Program-made: the position numbers and the translations under genes
In this document: positions 18,771 through 28,871 of the stretch, one piece after another
Layout of the letters: every line of letters starts with the position of its first letter
Numbering within the stretch: position 1 is the stretch's first letter
IMG/VR virus record: IMGVR_UViG_3300020165_001964
Direction: 5' to 3' (one strand)
From: a virus
DNA length: 64,000 nt
Notes under the pieces: model-generated
What the model was told of the DNA's origin: nothing
Databases searched by the model: none
The model's input: the letters and a program-made list of their open reading frames with translations, nothing else

Positions 18771-21014
18771 ATGGCATCAACCGAGCAACTCAAAAATGCC
18801 GAACGAATCATACAATTGACGGAAGACCGAGAAAAGGTTTCTCAAAAAATCAAAGACATCATCAAGGAGATGAATTCGGCCACTAAGGAAGAAAAAGAGA
18901 ATCTGGAGAAACGCCTTAGAACACAGAAAGTTATATTAGATACTGCAAAGAAAGAAATAAAAATAGCAAATGGATTAAAAGATATCTCGGATGATATTCT
19001 TGATAATAAAGATAAAGAAGCTGTACTTTCGTATGATATAGCAGGTAGTAAAGAAAAACTTCGTAAGATATCTGTTGATATTAAAAAACTTGAAGATATT
19101 GGAACTGCATCTGCTAAAAAGAAAGCAGAATCACTAAAAACCCAACGAGATGAAACCTATGTGATATTCGAGGCTAATGCAGATATTGCAGCACAAATGC
19201 AATCCCAAAATAAACTTACTGATAAGTTACTTGGTTCTCTTGGGTTAAGTGCTAGTAGTATGAAAGATATTAAAGACCAGGCAGTATTGTTTGGTAGAGC
19301 AATTGCAAAGAATCCTTATTTGTTATTACTTGCTGGTTTAGCATTGGCAGTTTCCTATACAGTCGATATGGTAAAAAACACTCAAAAATTATCTCAAGAA
19401 TTTGGGTTATCTGCAACACAAGCAGCAAAAGTAAATAAAGAAGTAGGATTTTTTAATAGAAAGTTTTTTGAATTTTTTGGACAAGATACTAATAAAATAT
19501 CAGGCGAGATAATACAGAACTTTGGTGATATTGGAAACTTCGCAGGATTATCTGCAGAAGAAGTTGCTAAAATGTCTATGGGATTAGGTATTGCTGGAGA
19601 GGATGCAGTAAAGTTAGCCAGAACTATGGTAGGATTGGTGGATGGTGTTAACGATGGTGCTGATGGTATGGAAAGACTTGAGGTGTTTTCTGGTATTGCT
19701 AAAGCAAACAATGTTGGTACAGGTCAAATAATAAAAGATTTAGCAGAAAATACAGAAACATTTGCAGAGTTCACGAGAGATGGTGGTACTAACATGGCAA
19801 GAGCAGCAGTTCAAGCAAGAAAACTCGGTGTTAGTTTACAAACCACTGCAAAGATTGCGAACTCATTATTAGATTTTGAATCAAGTATTGAAAAGGAGAT
19901 GGAGGCATCTCTATTAATTGGTAAACAATTAAACTTCAACAGAGCAAGAGAACTTGCACTCGCTGGTGATATTGCAGGTGCTACACAAGATGTTGTTAAA
20001 CAGATAGGTGGAGCTGGCGAATTACAGAAAATGAATGTTATTCAAAGAAGAGCATTAGCAGAATCTATTGGAGTTAGTGTAGATGAGTTAAGTAGATTAG
20101 CAAGTGGTAAGTTAGAAGTTAAAAGTGATGGAGTTGAACCAATTGATGCAAATACAGAGGCAACTTTATTATTAAATAATACTATTGATGATTTAAGAAG
20201 CAACCTAACAATGATGTCCCCAGCATTATTAGCAATAGAACCTATTGGGAATGCAATGAAAGGAATTGCTAAAAAGTTTGGTGTAGATGTTGGACCAACG
20301 AGAACTAATCGAGTTGCTAGTGATTTAGTTAAGAAGACACCAGGTGGTAGATTTAAAGCAGAGGGGATGAAAGGGCCTGGATTTAAAGACTCGGCAAAAG
20401 CTCTTTCACAAGCAGATGATATACTAAAAAGTTCTGCAGTTAAAAATTCAACAAAAATTTTGAAAAAAGCAGCATTGCCAGTAGCACTTGCTCTTGATGC
20501 AATGGATATTGCTTCTACAGCCGCAGATGAGAATAAAACTAAAATGGATGTAGGAAGAGAAGTTGCTGAAAAAGCAGCAGGTTATGGTGGAGCTGCACTT
20601 GGAGCAAAAGGTGGAGCAGCACTTGGAGCAGCAGTTGGTTCTGTAATACCAGTACTTGGTACTGCAGTTGGTGCAGGAATTGGTGGATTGATTGGTGGTA
20701 TTGGTGGGTATTTTCTTGGTGAAGGTGCCGCATCAAATACACTTGATGCTACAATGGGAATTGCAACTGGTGATGAAAAAGATAAAGGTATGAGTAAGGT
20801 GTTAGAGGAATACTCAGATTTAGATAAAGAAGAAAGAAAACAATTATCAGATGCACTACTTGGTGGACAAGATAGTATAAATAAATTTATAGAAGCAAAT
20901 AGTGGATTATTTAGTGGATTTAATGATTTAGGAGAATTAGTACAAGTAATGCAAGAAGTTGCAGCAAATACAGGTAAAACAACAACGGAAATAGCAAACT
21001 TAATAAGTGAGTAA
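18771..21014 (+). CDS. Tape measure protein
   Basis: Long helical Ala/Leu/Lys-rich protein after the chaperone, with a C-terminal glycine-zipper hydrophobic segment. Confidence 0.75.
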   Translation: MASTEQLKNAERIIQLTEDREKVSQKIKDIIKEMNSATKEEKENLEKRLRTQKVILDTAKKEIKIANGLKDISDDILDNKDKEAVLSYDIAGSKEKLRKISVDIKKLEDIGTASAKKKAESLKTQRDETYVIFEANADIAAQMQSQNKLTDKLLGSLGLSASSMKDIKDQAVLFGRAIAKNPYLLLLAGLALAVSYTVDMVKNTQKLSQEFGLSATQAAKVNKEVGFFNRKFFEFFGQDTNKISGEIIQNFGDIGNFAGLSAEEVAKMSMGLGIAGEDAVKLARTMVGLVDGVNDGADGMERLEVFSGIAKANNVGTGQIIKDLAENTETFAEFTRDGGTNMARAAVQARKLGVSLQTTAKIANSLLDFESSIEKEMEASLLIGKQLNFNRARELALAGDIAGATQDVVKQIGGAGELQKMNVIQRRALAESIGVSVDELSRLASGKLEVKSDGVEPIDANTEATLLLNNTIDDLRSNLTMMSPALLAIEPIGNAMKGIAKKFGVDVGPTRTNRVASDLVKKTPGGRFKAEGMKGPGFKDSAKALSQADDILKSSAVKNSTKILKKAALPVALALDAMDIASTAADENKTKMDVGREVAEKAAGYGGAALGAKGGAALGAAVGSVIPVLGTAVGAGIGGLIGGIGGYFLGEGAASNTLDATMGIATGDEKDKGMSKVLEEYSDLDKEERKQLSDALLGGQDSINKFIEANSGLFSGFNDLGELVQVMQEVAANTGKTTTEIANLISE

Positions 21015-22572
21015 AATGGGATTATTTGATAAAGTAAAAACAGATATAACATCTTTCAATTGGAAAGGTACGATAGGTAAGGAATCAAGAACTAACCAAG
21101 ATAATTTACCGCCCGAACCAGGTCTACCAAATGAGAATCAAGAAGATATGGTTGAGTTTTATGATTATGGTAATGATTCACTAAAGAAGAATGGTGGGGA
21201 TAGAAATCGTCAAGATAACTTACAGGCTAATCAAACAAGTAATAAATCACTTGAAGATAGATTAGATGAAGTTGATGAACAATATAAAAAACTTGGTGGT
21301 AACGAGGGATTAAAATCAGAGGGATTAGGTTTTGATGAACCATTTATCACAAAAGAGATTGGTGATGGTTATGGTGATATACTTAAGATACCTGGAGTGT
21401 TTTATGGTGGAACTGCATTATCAGTAGTGAGAGCAGCAGAAGATGTTGTTCGTTTAGGTAAGTTTGCATTAACACCAAAAGGTATTCTATGGGGTGTGAA
21501 ACAAGCATTACTACAAAAACAAAACACACAAATAAATACACAGAAGTTTGCACCAGTCAAAGGATTAGCATCTATTGTACCAATGGTACATACACCAAGA
21601 CATGCAAATAGTTCGTTAAATCCATTCGCAGATTCAGAAACATTTGAAGATACTGATGAGGGTACGAGAAGTGAAACTATAAGTGCAACTGATGTGGGTT
21701 CACAGAAACAAGACCCAGAGGGATTCTTTGCTAATTTAGCAAATGCATTTGGATTCGGTGGTGGACCACAAACAGAAGAAGCATCTGAATATGGATTCCC
21801 AAAGGGTGCAAAGATAAAATCTGCAGGTGGTAATTTATATGAAGTGGGTACAAGTAATATGTTACAAGTTCCTTATGGTGGACAATATGGTAACTATAAA
21901 AGAGTTGCTCAAGGTAAAGGTATGACTCAAGAGAACAACATACCTAAAGATTTTATAAAATTCAAAATAAGAGATGCAGTAAATGGTAAGTGGTTAATAT
22001 TTCCAGCACATCTTGGTAGTATAACCGATACAATCTCACCAGAATACACTCAAGATAGATATATTGGTAGACCTGATGCAGTACATATCTACTCAGGTAC
22101 TAATCGTAGTGTAAGTTTTGATTTTAAAGTTGCTGCATTCACTAAACAAGAGATACCAATCATCCAAGAAAAGATGAACTATTTAGTTGGGTTAGGATAC
22201 CCAAGTTACAAGAGTTACTTTAATGGAGATACAGAGGCGAGACCAGTAACACCATATGTTTATTTAACAATTGGCGATATGTTTAATCAAACACCAGGTT
22301 ACTTCAATAGTATCACAATAACAATTGAAGAGAATGCAACTTGGGAAATAGATGATAAACATCAAATACCACAAGTATTTAGTGTAAGTTGTGAGTTTGT
22401 ATACATTGGTAAATACCTACCACAGACAGTAGGTAAACATTATGAAGTGCCTTGGTTAGAGGATAGTGGAGTTGGTGAGAAGAAGTTTGGTACATTTGGT
22501 GACCAAGACCCAACATCATTAGGTAATAGACCTGCTAATGTACAAGATAACAAGTGGGTAAAAGGTAATTAG
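21007..22572 (+). CDS. Baseplate/tube-initiator-like protein
   Basis: C-terminal YIGRPDAVHIYSGTNRSVSFDF...LTIGDMF...WEI domain; synteny. Confidence 0.55.
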   Translation: MSKMGLFDKVKTDITSFNWKGTIGKESRTNQDNLPPEPGLPNENQEDMVEFYDYGNDSLKKNGGDRNRQDNLQANQTSNKSLEDRLDEVDEQYKKLGGNEGLKSEGLGFDEPFITKEIGDGYGDILKIPGVFYGGTALSVVRAAEDVVRLGKFALTPKGILWGVKQALLQKQNTQINTQKFAPVKGLASIVPMVHTPRHANSSLNPFADSETFEDTDEGTRSETISATDVGSQKQDPEGFFANLANAFGFGGGPQTEEASEYGFPKGAKIKSAGGNLYEVGTSNMLQVPYGGQYGNYKRVAQGKGMTQENNIPKDFIKFKIRDAVNGKWLIFPAHLGSITDTISPEYTQDRYIGRPDAVHIYSGTNRSVSFDFKVAAFTKQEIPIIQEKMNYLVGLGYPSYKSYFNGDTEARPVTPYVYLTIGDMFNQTPGYFNSITITIEENATWEIDDKHQIPQVFSVSCEFVYIGKYLPQTVGKHYEVPWLEDSGVGEKKFGTFGDQDPTSLGNRPANVQDNKWVKGN

Positions 22573-22574
22573 TA

Positions 22575-22889
22575 ATGAATAGATATAGATTCACAAAGAT
22601 AAAAAAAGATAGTACTGAGGGATTTCAACATCGTGTGATAACTGAGTATCCAATCATCACACCTAAAAATTCAGATAGAATTTACTACTCTAAACAAGGT
22701 GAAAGATGGGATAATATTGCTTATAAGTTTTATCAAGATACTTCACTATGGTGGATAATTGCAAGAGCAAACACAGACATAGATTTTAAAGGTAACATGG
22801 CATTACCAATAGGTACTAAACTAATCATACCAACAGATGTGGGTGAAATTATATCGGATTTAGAAAGAATTAACCGAATAAGACAATAA
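22575..22889 (+). CDS. LysM-like baseplate protein (gp53/gpX-like)
   Basis: GERWDNIAYKFYQDTSLWWIIARAN...GTKLIIP. Confidence 0.8.
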   Translation: MNRYRFTKIKKDSTEGFQHRVITEYPIITPKNSDRIYYSKQGERWDNIAYKFYQDTSLWWIIARANTDIDFKGNMALPIGTKLIIPTDVGEIISDLERINRIRQ

Positions 22890-25354
22890 TGTTTCAGTTC
22901 ACACAGATTGATAAGAACATTCAAGATACTCTACATAAGAGAATCAATGCACTAACAAGAAGTGGTGAGTTCAATCCATTAGACCCTACTGCAGAACAAC
23001 AAAGTAATGCAGTATCAGAAATGTTAACTAAAACTTGTTGGGTTAGAGTTACTTCATCTATACCAGAGTTCAAAAAATATAATAATGAAAGTGATGCTAA
23101 AGATACAAATAATGGTAAATTTATTAGACCATTAGAAATAGTAAAAGAAAAACCATTTCGTTTAAGTGGTAACTTCAAAGATGGTCAACCAATCAATAGA
23201 CCAATTACATCAAAAGTAAATTTGATGAATAATCCAAATACTTCAACACTAAGAGCACCTGCAGGTGTTACTGGTGTATCAACCGCATTTAAGAACCATT
23301 CTATACAAAATGTAACAATTAATTGGAAACTATATGATAGAGATGATTTTGATGCATATGAAAGTGCATTTTTAAAACATGGTAGGATTGTTTTGGTAGA
23401 GTTTGGTTGGAATGTTCCTAATGTAAATCTTGGAACAATGGAAAAACCACAAGATATGATACAATATTATGAAAATATACAAGAGAGGATTATCAATTCT
23501 GGTGGTGATTATTATGCAGCAATAGGGAAGATAAAAAGTTTTAATTATGATATAGGACCAAACGGAGAATTTGATTGCAATACAGAATTAACTTCTATGG
23601 GTAGTACTTTGTTTAAAGGTGCAATAGATACACAAGAACCTATACCAGAAGTTATTCTACAGAAGAACAAAGAAAAGATTGCAGATGCATATAATGATAT
23701 AAGTGCAGCATATGAAACCTATATAAAAGATTTAGATAAAGTTATTAAAAAAGAATATGATGGTGGTGCAGAGGGTACTTACTACAATGCAAATACAGAA
23801 AAGGGGTATTGTACTTGGGGTTGGTTTGAAGATATTATTTTAAATACTTGGTTTGCATTTGTATCAGAAAATGAGGGTGGAAAAGAATTAACAACAGAGA
23901 TTAGAAGTATTGGTTCGGGTTTTAAAAACAAAGATGGAACCTTAGAAAAAATAGATGGAGATAATCCATGTAGATTTGGACCTGATTTGTTTACTAAAGA
24001 TAGACACATAATCTTGCCTGGTAGAATATCAAGTATAGATAGTTTGAGAGAAGCAAGTGAGGATGAAAGATTTCAAGAAAAAGTAAGAGAAGAGTACAAA
24101 AATACATACGATACATTTAATGAGATAAATGAGAAGTTTAAAACATTTGAATTTGGTACAGATAGAGGTAGTATTAGACGAATGGTGTTTAGTGCAGATT
24201 ATTTAAAAAACTTTTTTGGGAGTGTTAGGGATGTAGAAAGTGCATTATCAAGTATGTGGCAATCAGTATCATCAGTATATGGTCATTATTGGAATTTCCA
24301 AGTAATTCAAGATGATAATAATAATGGTAGGATTGGTGTTATAGATAGTTTCAAACCAGAAACAAGAGTTGCCATTATGAATCCTAATGTAGATGAATCT
24401 AAGTTATCTAAACCAGGTAATACTAATGGTAAAACATTCGTGTTTCCACTTTATAGTACAAGAAGTTTATTTAAAGATTTTAATTTATCAGTTAATTTAT
24501 CAAGTGCAATGGCAACACAAGCATTATATCACTCACAAAAGAATTTTGGTAAAGAGGGACAGAGTACTACAAACAAACCAGAAGATTTATCAATAACTGC
24601 ATTAGCAAGTATACAAAATCAATCCATGACAGACCCAGAAGGTCAAGGTGCTATAGCAGAAGATGCACTCTTAAAAGATTATCATAGTGTTATCAAAGGT
24701 AAAGATGGTGAAGGTGCGGGAAGAACTGCAAGAACAAATCCAAGTGAAGCAAATTCAGAGTTGATTGTTAAACCTATTGATTTTAAAATAGAGGGAGACC
24801 CAATTGCAGATTCAATTAGAAAACAAAGTGAAGTTGAAGCAGCTGCAGCAAGTGAAGATGAAGTAAAGAAAGCAGATGAGGGTATACGATTGATTGATAC
24901 TAATAGTGGTTTGATTTATAAATCAGATGGTGAAATGATGGGTGCTTTTCAAAGAGGTATGGATTATTTATTAAATAAAAAAGATGAGGCAAATGTAGAT
25001 GTTGACCCTGTAACACCAATTGAAGTTTCATTTACCATGCCTGGAATAGGTGGTATCAGAATGTATGATATTTTTGCAGTAGATTATTTACCTGATAACT
25101 ATCGTAGATATGGATTATTTCAAGTGAGTGGAATTGACCACACACTATCAACAGCTGGTTGGGATACAAAAATTTCAGGTAAATTGAGGGTGGATATGGA
25201 TACACTTATCAAAGATGCTAAATCACAGAATTATTATAAAGAAGAAAGTGTAGAGATTAATACAGAGTTTAGTGAAACAGATAATATTAATTTCTTAACC
25301 TTAATACAAAATACACAAAAAGAAGAAACAGAGAAAAGTAATAAAAATAATTAA
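22889..25354 (+). CDS. Baseplate hub-like protein
   Basis: Synteny. C-terminal MPGIGGIRMYDIF...FQVSGIDHTLSTAGWDTKI resembles hub/late-control-D termini. Confidence 0.55.
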   Translation: MFQFTQIDKNIQDTLHKRINALTRSGEFNPLDPTAEQQSNAVSEMLTKTCWVRVTSSIPEFKKYNNESDAKDTNNGKFIRPLEIVKEKPFRLSGNFKDGQPINRPITSKVNLMNNPNTSTLRAPAGVTGVSTAFKNHSIQNVTINWKLYDRDDFDAYESAFLKHGRIVLVEFGWNVPNVNLGTMEKPQDMIQYYENIQERIINSGGDYYAAIGKIKSFNYDIGPNGEFDCNTELTSMGSTLFKGAIDTQEPIPEVILQKNKEKIADAYNDISAAYETYIKDLDKVIKKEYDGGAEGTYYNANTEKGYCTWGWFEDIILNTWFAFVSENEGGKELTTEIRSIGSGFKNKDGTLEKIDGDNPCRFGPDLFTKDRHIILPGRISSIDSLREASEDERFQEKVREEYKNTYDTFNEINEKFKTFEFGTDRGSIRRMVFSADYLKNFFGSVRDVESALSSMWQSVSSVYGHYWNFQVIQDDNNNGRIGVIDSFKPETRVAIMNPNVDESKLSKPGNTNGKTFVFPLYSTRSLFKDFNLSVNLSSAMATQALYHSQKNFGKEGQSTTNKPEDLSITALASIQNQSMTDPEGQGAIAEDALLKDYHSVIKGKDGEGAGRTARTNPSEANSELIVKPIDFKIEGDPIADSIRKQSEVEAAAASEDEVKKADEGIRLIDTNSGLIYKSDGEMMGAFQRGMDYLLNKKDEANVDVDPVTPIEVSFTMPGIGGIRMYDIFAVDYLPDNYRRYGLFQVSGIDHTLSTAGWDTKISGKLRVDMDTLIKDAKSQNYYKEESVEINTEFSETDNINFLTLIQNTQKEETEKSNKNN

Positions 25355-25396
25355 CATTTTGACACTTTTCTTTGATATATATTATTAAATGGTTAT

Positions 25397-25540
25397 ATGT
25401 CTATTTGGAAGTCTATCAAATTAAAACTTGCTCTAAAGATGAATTGGATAAATCCTTTCATGAAAACTTATGCACAAAAGTATAAAGAGTTAAGATTAAA
25501 AGATTTAAAAGAACGAATTAAACAAAAAGGAGATGCATGA
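25397..25540 (+). CDS. Unannotated 47-aa basic peptide coupled to thyX
   Basis: MSIWKSIKLKLALKMNWINPF...QKGDA; stop overlaps the thyX start (ATGA). Confidence 0.45.
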   Translation: MSIWKSIKLKLALKMNWINPFMKTYAQKYKELRLKDLKERIKQKGDA

Positions 25541-26232
25541 TGAAAATTGATGTATTAGATAAAGGGTATATTGAATTAGTAGATACACTCGGTGATGATT
25601 TAACGCCAGTAAATGCTGCAAGGGTATCATTTGGTGGTAGAAGTGAAACATTTGAGGAAAAGGATAGAAAGTTATCTAAGTTCTTAATTAAACACAAACA
25701 TTTTTCACCATTCAGACATCAACATGGTATGTTCATTATCAAAGCACCTGAGTTCGTGATGAGACAATGGTATAAACATGTCGTTGGTATTGAAACAACA
25801 TCAAATCATCCTACTAAAGACCACGCGTGGAATGAGATTAGTGGTAGGTATGTTCCTTATGATGAATTTTATGAACCAACAGAGTTCAGAAAACAAAGTG
25901 ATGATAACAAACAGGCAAGTGATGGGTTAGTTGATAATCAAAAAGAGATGAAACAATTGTGGACTATCTCTCAACAAAACTCTATTTCTGCTTATAAAGA
26001 AATGTTAAAGAATGGTATGGCTAAAGAACAAGCCAGAAGTATCTTACCACTTACAGTCTATACAAAAGTTTGGTGGACTGCATCATTTCAAAGTGCAATG
26101 AATTTCATTGAGTTAAGAGATGAACCTACATCACAAGTAGAGATACAAGAATATGCGAAAGCATTAAAAGAGATTATGTTAGAGAAGTTTCCAGAAACTA
26201 CTAAATTATGGAGTGAGATTTATTTAGACTAA
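25537..26232 (+). CDS. thyX: Flavin-dependent thymidylate synthase
   Basis: NAARVSF, HFSPF, NEISGRY, AKEQARSILP and NFIELR. Confidence 0.9.
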   Translation: MMKIDVLDKGYIELVDTLGDDLTPVNAARVSFGGRSETFEEKDRKLSKFLIKHKHFSPFRHQHGMFIIKAPEFVMRQWYKHVVGIETTSNHPTKDHAWNEISGRYVPYDEFYEPTEFRKQSDDNKQASDGLVDNQKEMKQLWTISQQNSISAYKEMLKNGMAKEQARSILPLTVYTKVWWTASFQSAMNFIELRDEPTSQVEIQEYAKALKEIMLEKFPETTKLWSEIYLD

Positions 26233-27116
26233 TGAAAGGTTGGATATTCACTACACAAAATGAACCATCGTATGAAACAAGACGATTAGTAGAATGTTTT
26301 GATAAAGAGGGTATAGAATGTTTTTATGTACATCCTAATAATGTAGATATATTTATCAGTAAAGATAATAGAAAATCTGTATTAGTAGATAATGAACACA
26401 CTTCAATACCTGATTTTGTTATACCACGAGTTGGAAGTGCAACCACATATTATCAGAAAGCAGTATTCAGACATTTAGAAAGAATGGGTGTATTGTTTAT
26501 TAATGGTAGTGATGCAATTGATAATGTAAAGGATAAACTTTACACAATGCAAATATTATCACAGAATAATATTCCACATCCAAAAACAATGTTGGTTAAG
26601 AATCCAATTGATTCAGGTTATGTACAAAGGAATATTGGTTTTCCTATCGTGGTTAAATCCTTGAGTGGTACACATGGTAAAGGTGTTTATCTTGCAGAGA
26701 ACAAAAGGAACTTTGAACAATTAGTAGAGATGATGGAACAATTTAATGATAGGTTCAACATCATCTTACAAGAGTTTGTGAAAGACTCACATGGAAAAGA
26801 TTTACGAATTATCGTAGTAGGTGGTAAAGTTGTTGGAGCAATGAAAAGAGAATCAACTGATGGTGATTTCAGAGCTAATGTTACACGAGGTGGTGGAGCA
26901 AAACCAGTAGAACTTGATGAACAAATGGAGTATCTTGCATTAGAATCTACAAAACTATTAGGATTAGATATAGGTGGTGTAGATTTATTATATGATAACG
27001 ATGGATATAAAATATGTGAGGTTAACTCTTCACCTGGTTTTAGAGGAATGGAAGAATATACTGAAATAAGAGTTGCCGAACAGATAGTTACTTATGTAAA
27101 AAATAAATTAAATTAA
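26232..27116 (+). CDS. rimK: RimK-family ATP-grasp ligase
   Basis: KDKLYT, FPIVVKSLSGTHGKGV, QEFV, DFRANVTRGG, GGVDLL and CEVNSSPG. Confidence 0.85.
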   Translation: MKGWIFTTQNEPSYETRRLVECFDKEGIECFYVHPNNVDIFISKDNRKSVLVDNEHTSIPDFVIPRVGSATTYYQKAVFRHLERMGVLFINGSDAIDNVKDKLYTMQILSQNNIPHPKTMLVKNPIDSGYVQRNIGFPIVVKSLSGTHGKGVYLAENKRNFEQLVEMMEQFNDRFNIILQEFVKDSHGKDLRIIVVGGKVVGAMKRESTDGDFRANVTRGGGAKPVELDEQMEYLALESTKLLGLDIGGVDLLYDNDGYKICEVNSSPGFRGMEEYTEIRVAEQIVTYVKNKLN

Positions 27117-28393
27117 TGGTTATAGTAAATTCTAAAGAGAAGTGGTCTCATCTACAAAAAAGGATGAAGACTCAACACTTCGTGTATCTACAAATGTTTT
27201 CGGATGTACATAAACATCCTAAACAGAATCGTGTGTCTTGTTTTTATATCAGAACAATGCAAGAAGAGTATATCGTACCTGTCAATCACAATGAGAAGTT
27301 TGGAACAATACAAACCATTGATGTAGATGATAGTAAAGTATGTGTAGGTGATATGAAATCATTTATGCATAATTCAATGATTGATTGTGACCATATATTT
27401 GGGTTGGTAGATTTAAATTGGTGTCATTATATGAAGACTAATCAACCATATGATTTCGATAAACACCTAACAAATGCTCACCACCATAATTACAGATTAC
27501 ACTACGAGAAAGAAAATGTTAATGATGTAATCCCTTTGGTGAAACATGGTGAGTATTTTTCAAAACAGTCATTAGATTTAATGAACTACTTAGAAGACCA
27601 CGATTACTATGACCAAGAAATATTGGAAGTTTTATCTAAGGTAGAAGATAATGGAATCCAAACTACAGATGGTTTAGTTTATTCAGAATATAATCCATTT
27701 ACAAGTACAGGTAGACCAAGTAATAGATTTGGTGGTATGAACTTTGCAGCACTAAACAAAAAAGATGGTAGTAGAAAACAATTCATAAGTAGACATGATA
27801 ATGGTGTATTGGTGGAGTTTGATTATGATGCGTATCATCCACGATTAATTGGTGATAAAATAGGTTATAAATTTCCAAAAGGTAATGTACACCAACACCT
27901 TGCAGATTCATATGGGTTAAGTTATGATGAGGGAAAACAATTAACATTCAAGTATTTATATGGAGGTATACCTACCGAAATGAAACAAAACCCGTTTTTT
28001 GGTATGGTAGACGAGTTTATACACCGCTTGTGGAGTACTTGGAAAAGAGATAAAAAGATAGTTTCTGATATTTATAGTAGAGAAATACATAGAGAAAACC
28101 TACCTGATATGAATCCTAATAAGTTATTTAACTATATGATTCAGTTGATGGAGACAGAACAGAATATTCATACCTTAGATGTATTACTACATGATATGAA
28201 AGATTTCAAGAGTAAGATGGTTCTCTATAATTATGATGCATTCTTATTTGATTTTGATTACAAAAAAGATGGATTGAAGTATTTGAAAGAAGTAAAAAAT
28301 ATTTTAGAGTGGAAAGGTAAATATCCAACAAGAGTTTTCATGGGGGATAATTATCAAGACATGAAAGAAATAACGGAGAAACTTAGTGTATAG
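27116..28393 (+). CDS. Truncated family-A DNA polymerase-like protein
   Basis: TGRPS, motif A EFDYDAYHPRL, motif B KQLTFKYLYGG, variant motif C YNYDAFLF; 425 aa. Confidence 0.75.
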   Translation: MVIVNSKEKWSHLQKRMKTQHFVYLQMFSDVHKHPKQNRVSCFYIRTMQEEYIVPVNHNEKFGTIQTIDVDDSKVCVGDMKSFMHNSMIDCDHIFGLVDLNWCHYMKTNQPYDFDKHLTNAHHHNYRLHYEKENVNDVIPLVKHGEYFSKQSLDLMNYLEDHDYYDQEILEVLSKVEDNGIQTTDGLVYSEYNPFTSTGRPSNRFGGMNFAALNKKDGSRKQFISRHDNGVLVEFDYDAYHPRLIGDKIGYKFPKGNVHQHLADSYGLSYDEGKQLTFKYLYGGIPTEMKQNPFFGMVDEFIHRLWSTWKRDKKIVSDIYSREIHRENLPDMNPNKLFNYMIQLMETEQNIHTLDVLLHDMKDFKSKMVLYNYDAFLFDFDYKKDGLKYLKEVKNILEWKGKYPTRVFMGDNYQDMKEITEKLSV

Positions 28394-28871
28394 TTTAAAA
28401 CAATTGTTATATGAATCATTAAAAAAGTATCCACACATGAGGCCTTATAGCCAAAAGGAATTGGATTATGAAGTTGATGAATATCTTAAAAATGATTATA
28501 CAAAAAATAAACTTCCAAAAATGTGGAAAGATAAAGATGATGGATATGCAGATATTAAAATGGCATTACATGAATATCCAAGTGAAGAAGAATTAAAAAG
28601 TTTGGAAAATTCAGATGTTGGTGATATATTAGAACTACCACCAGAGGATAGAATGAAACGAGCAGTAGAACTTGCAAAAGGATATTATAAAAATTATAAA
28701 GCAATTATCGATGGTTTAAACAAAAAAACAAAATTTCCCGCTCCTATTGTAGTTCGCGATAAATCAAAACGATTATATTTATTAGGGGGAAACACGAGAT
28801 TAATGTTAGGTGTTGCCATGGGATTAAATTTACCAATAAAAATTATTGATTGGAAAAAGGAAATACAATGA
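28386..28871 (+). CDS. ParB/sulfiredoxin-like domain protein
   Basis: PAPIVV...YLLGGNTRL resembles the ParB N-terminal GxxR motif. Confidence 0.5.
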   Translation: MYSLKQLLYESLKKYPHMRPYSQKELDYEVDEYLKNDYTKNKLPKMWKDKDDGYADIKMALHEYPSEEELKSLENSDVGDILELPPEDRMKRAVELAKGYYKNYKAIIDGLNKKTKFPAPIVVRDKSKRLYLLGGNTRLMLGVAMGLNLPIKIIDWKKEIQ

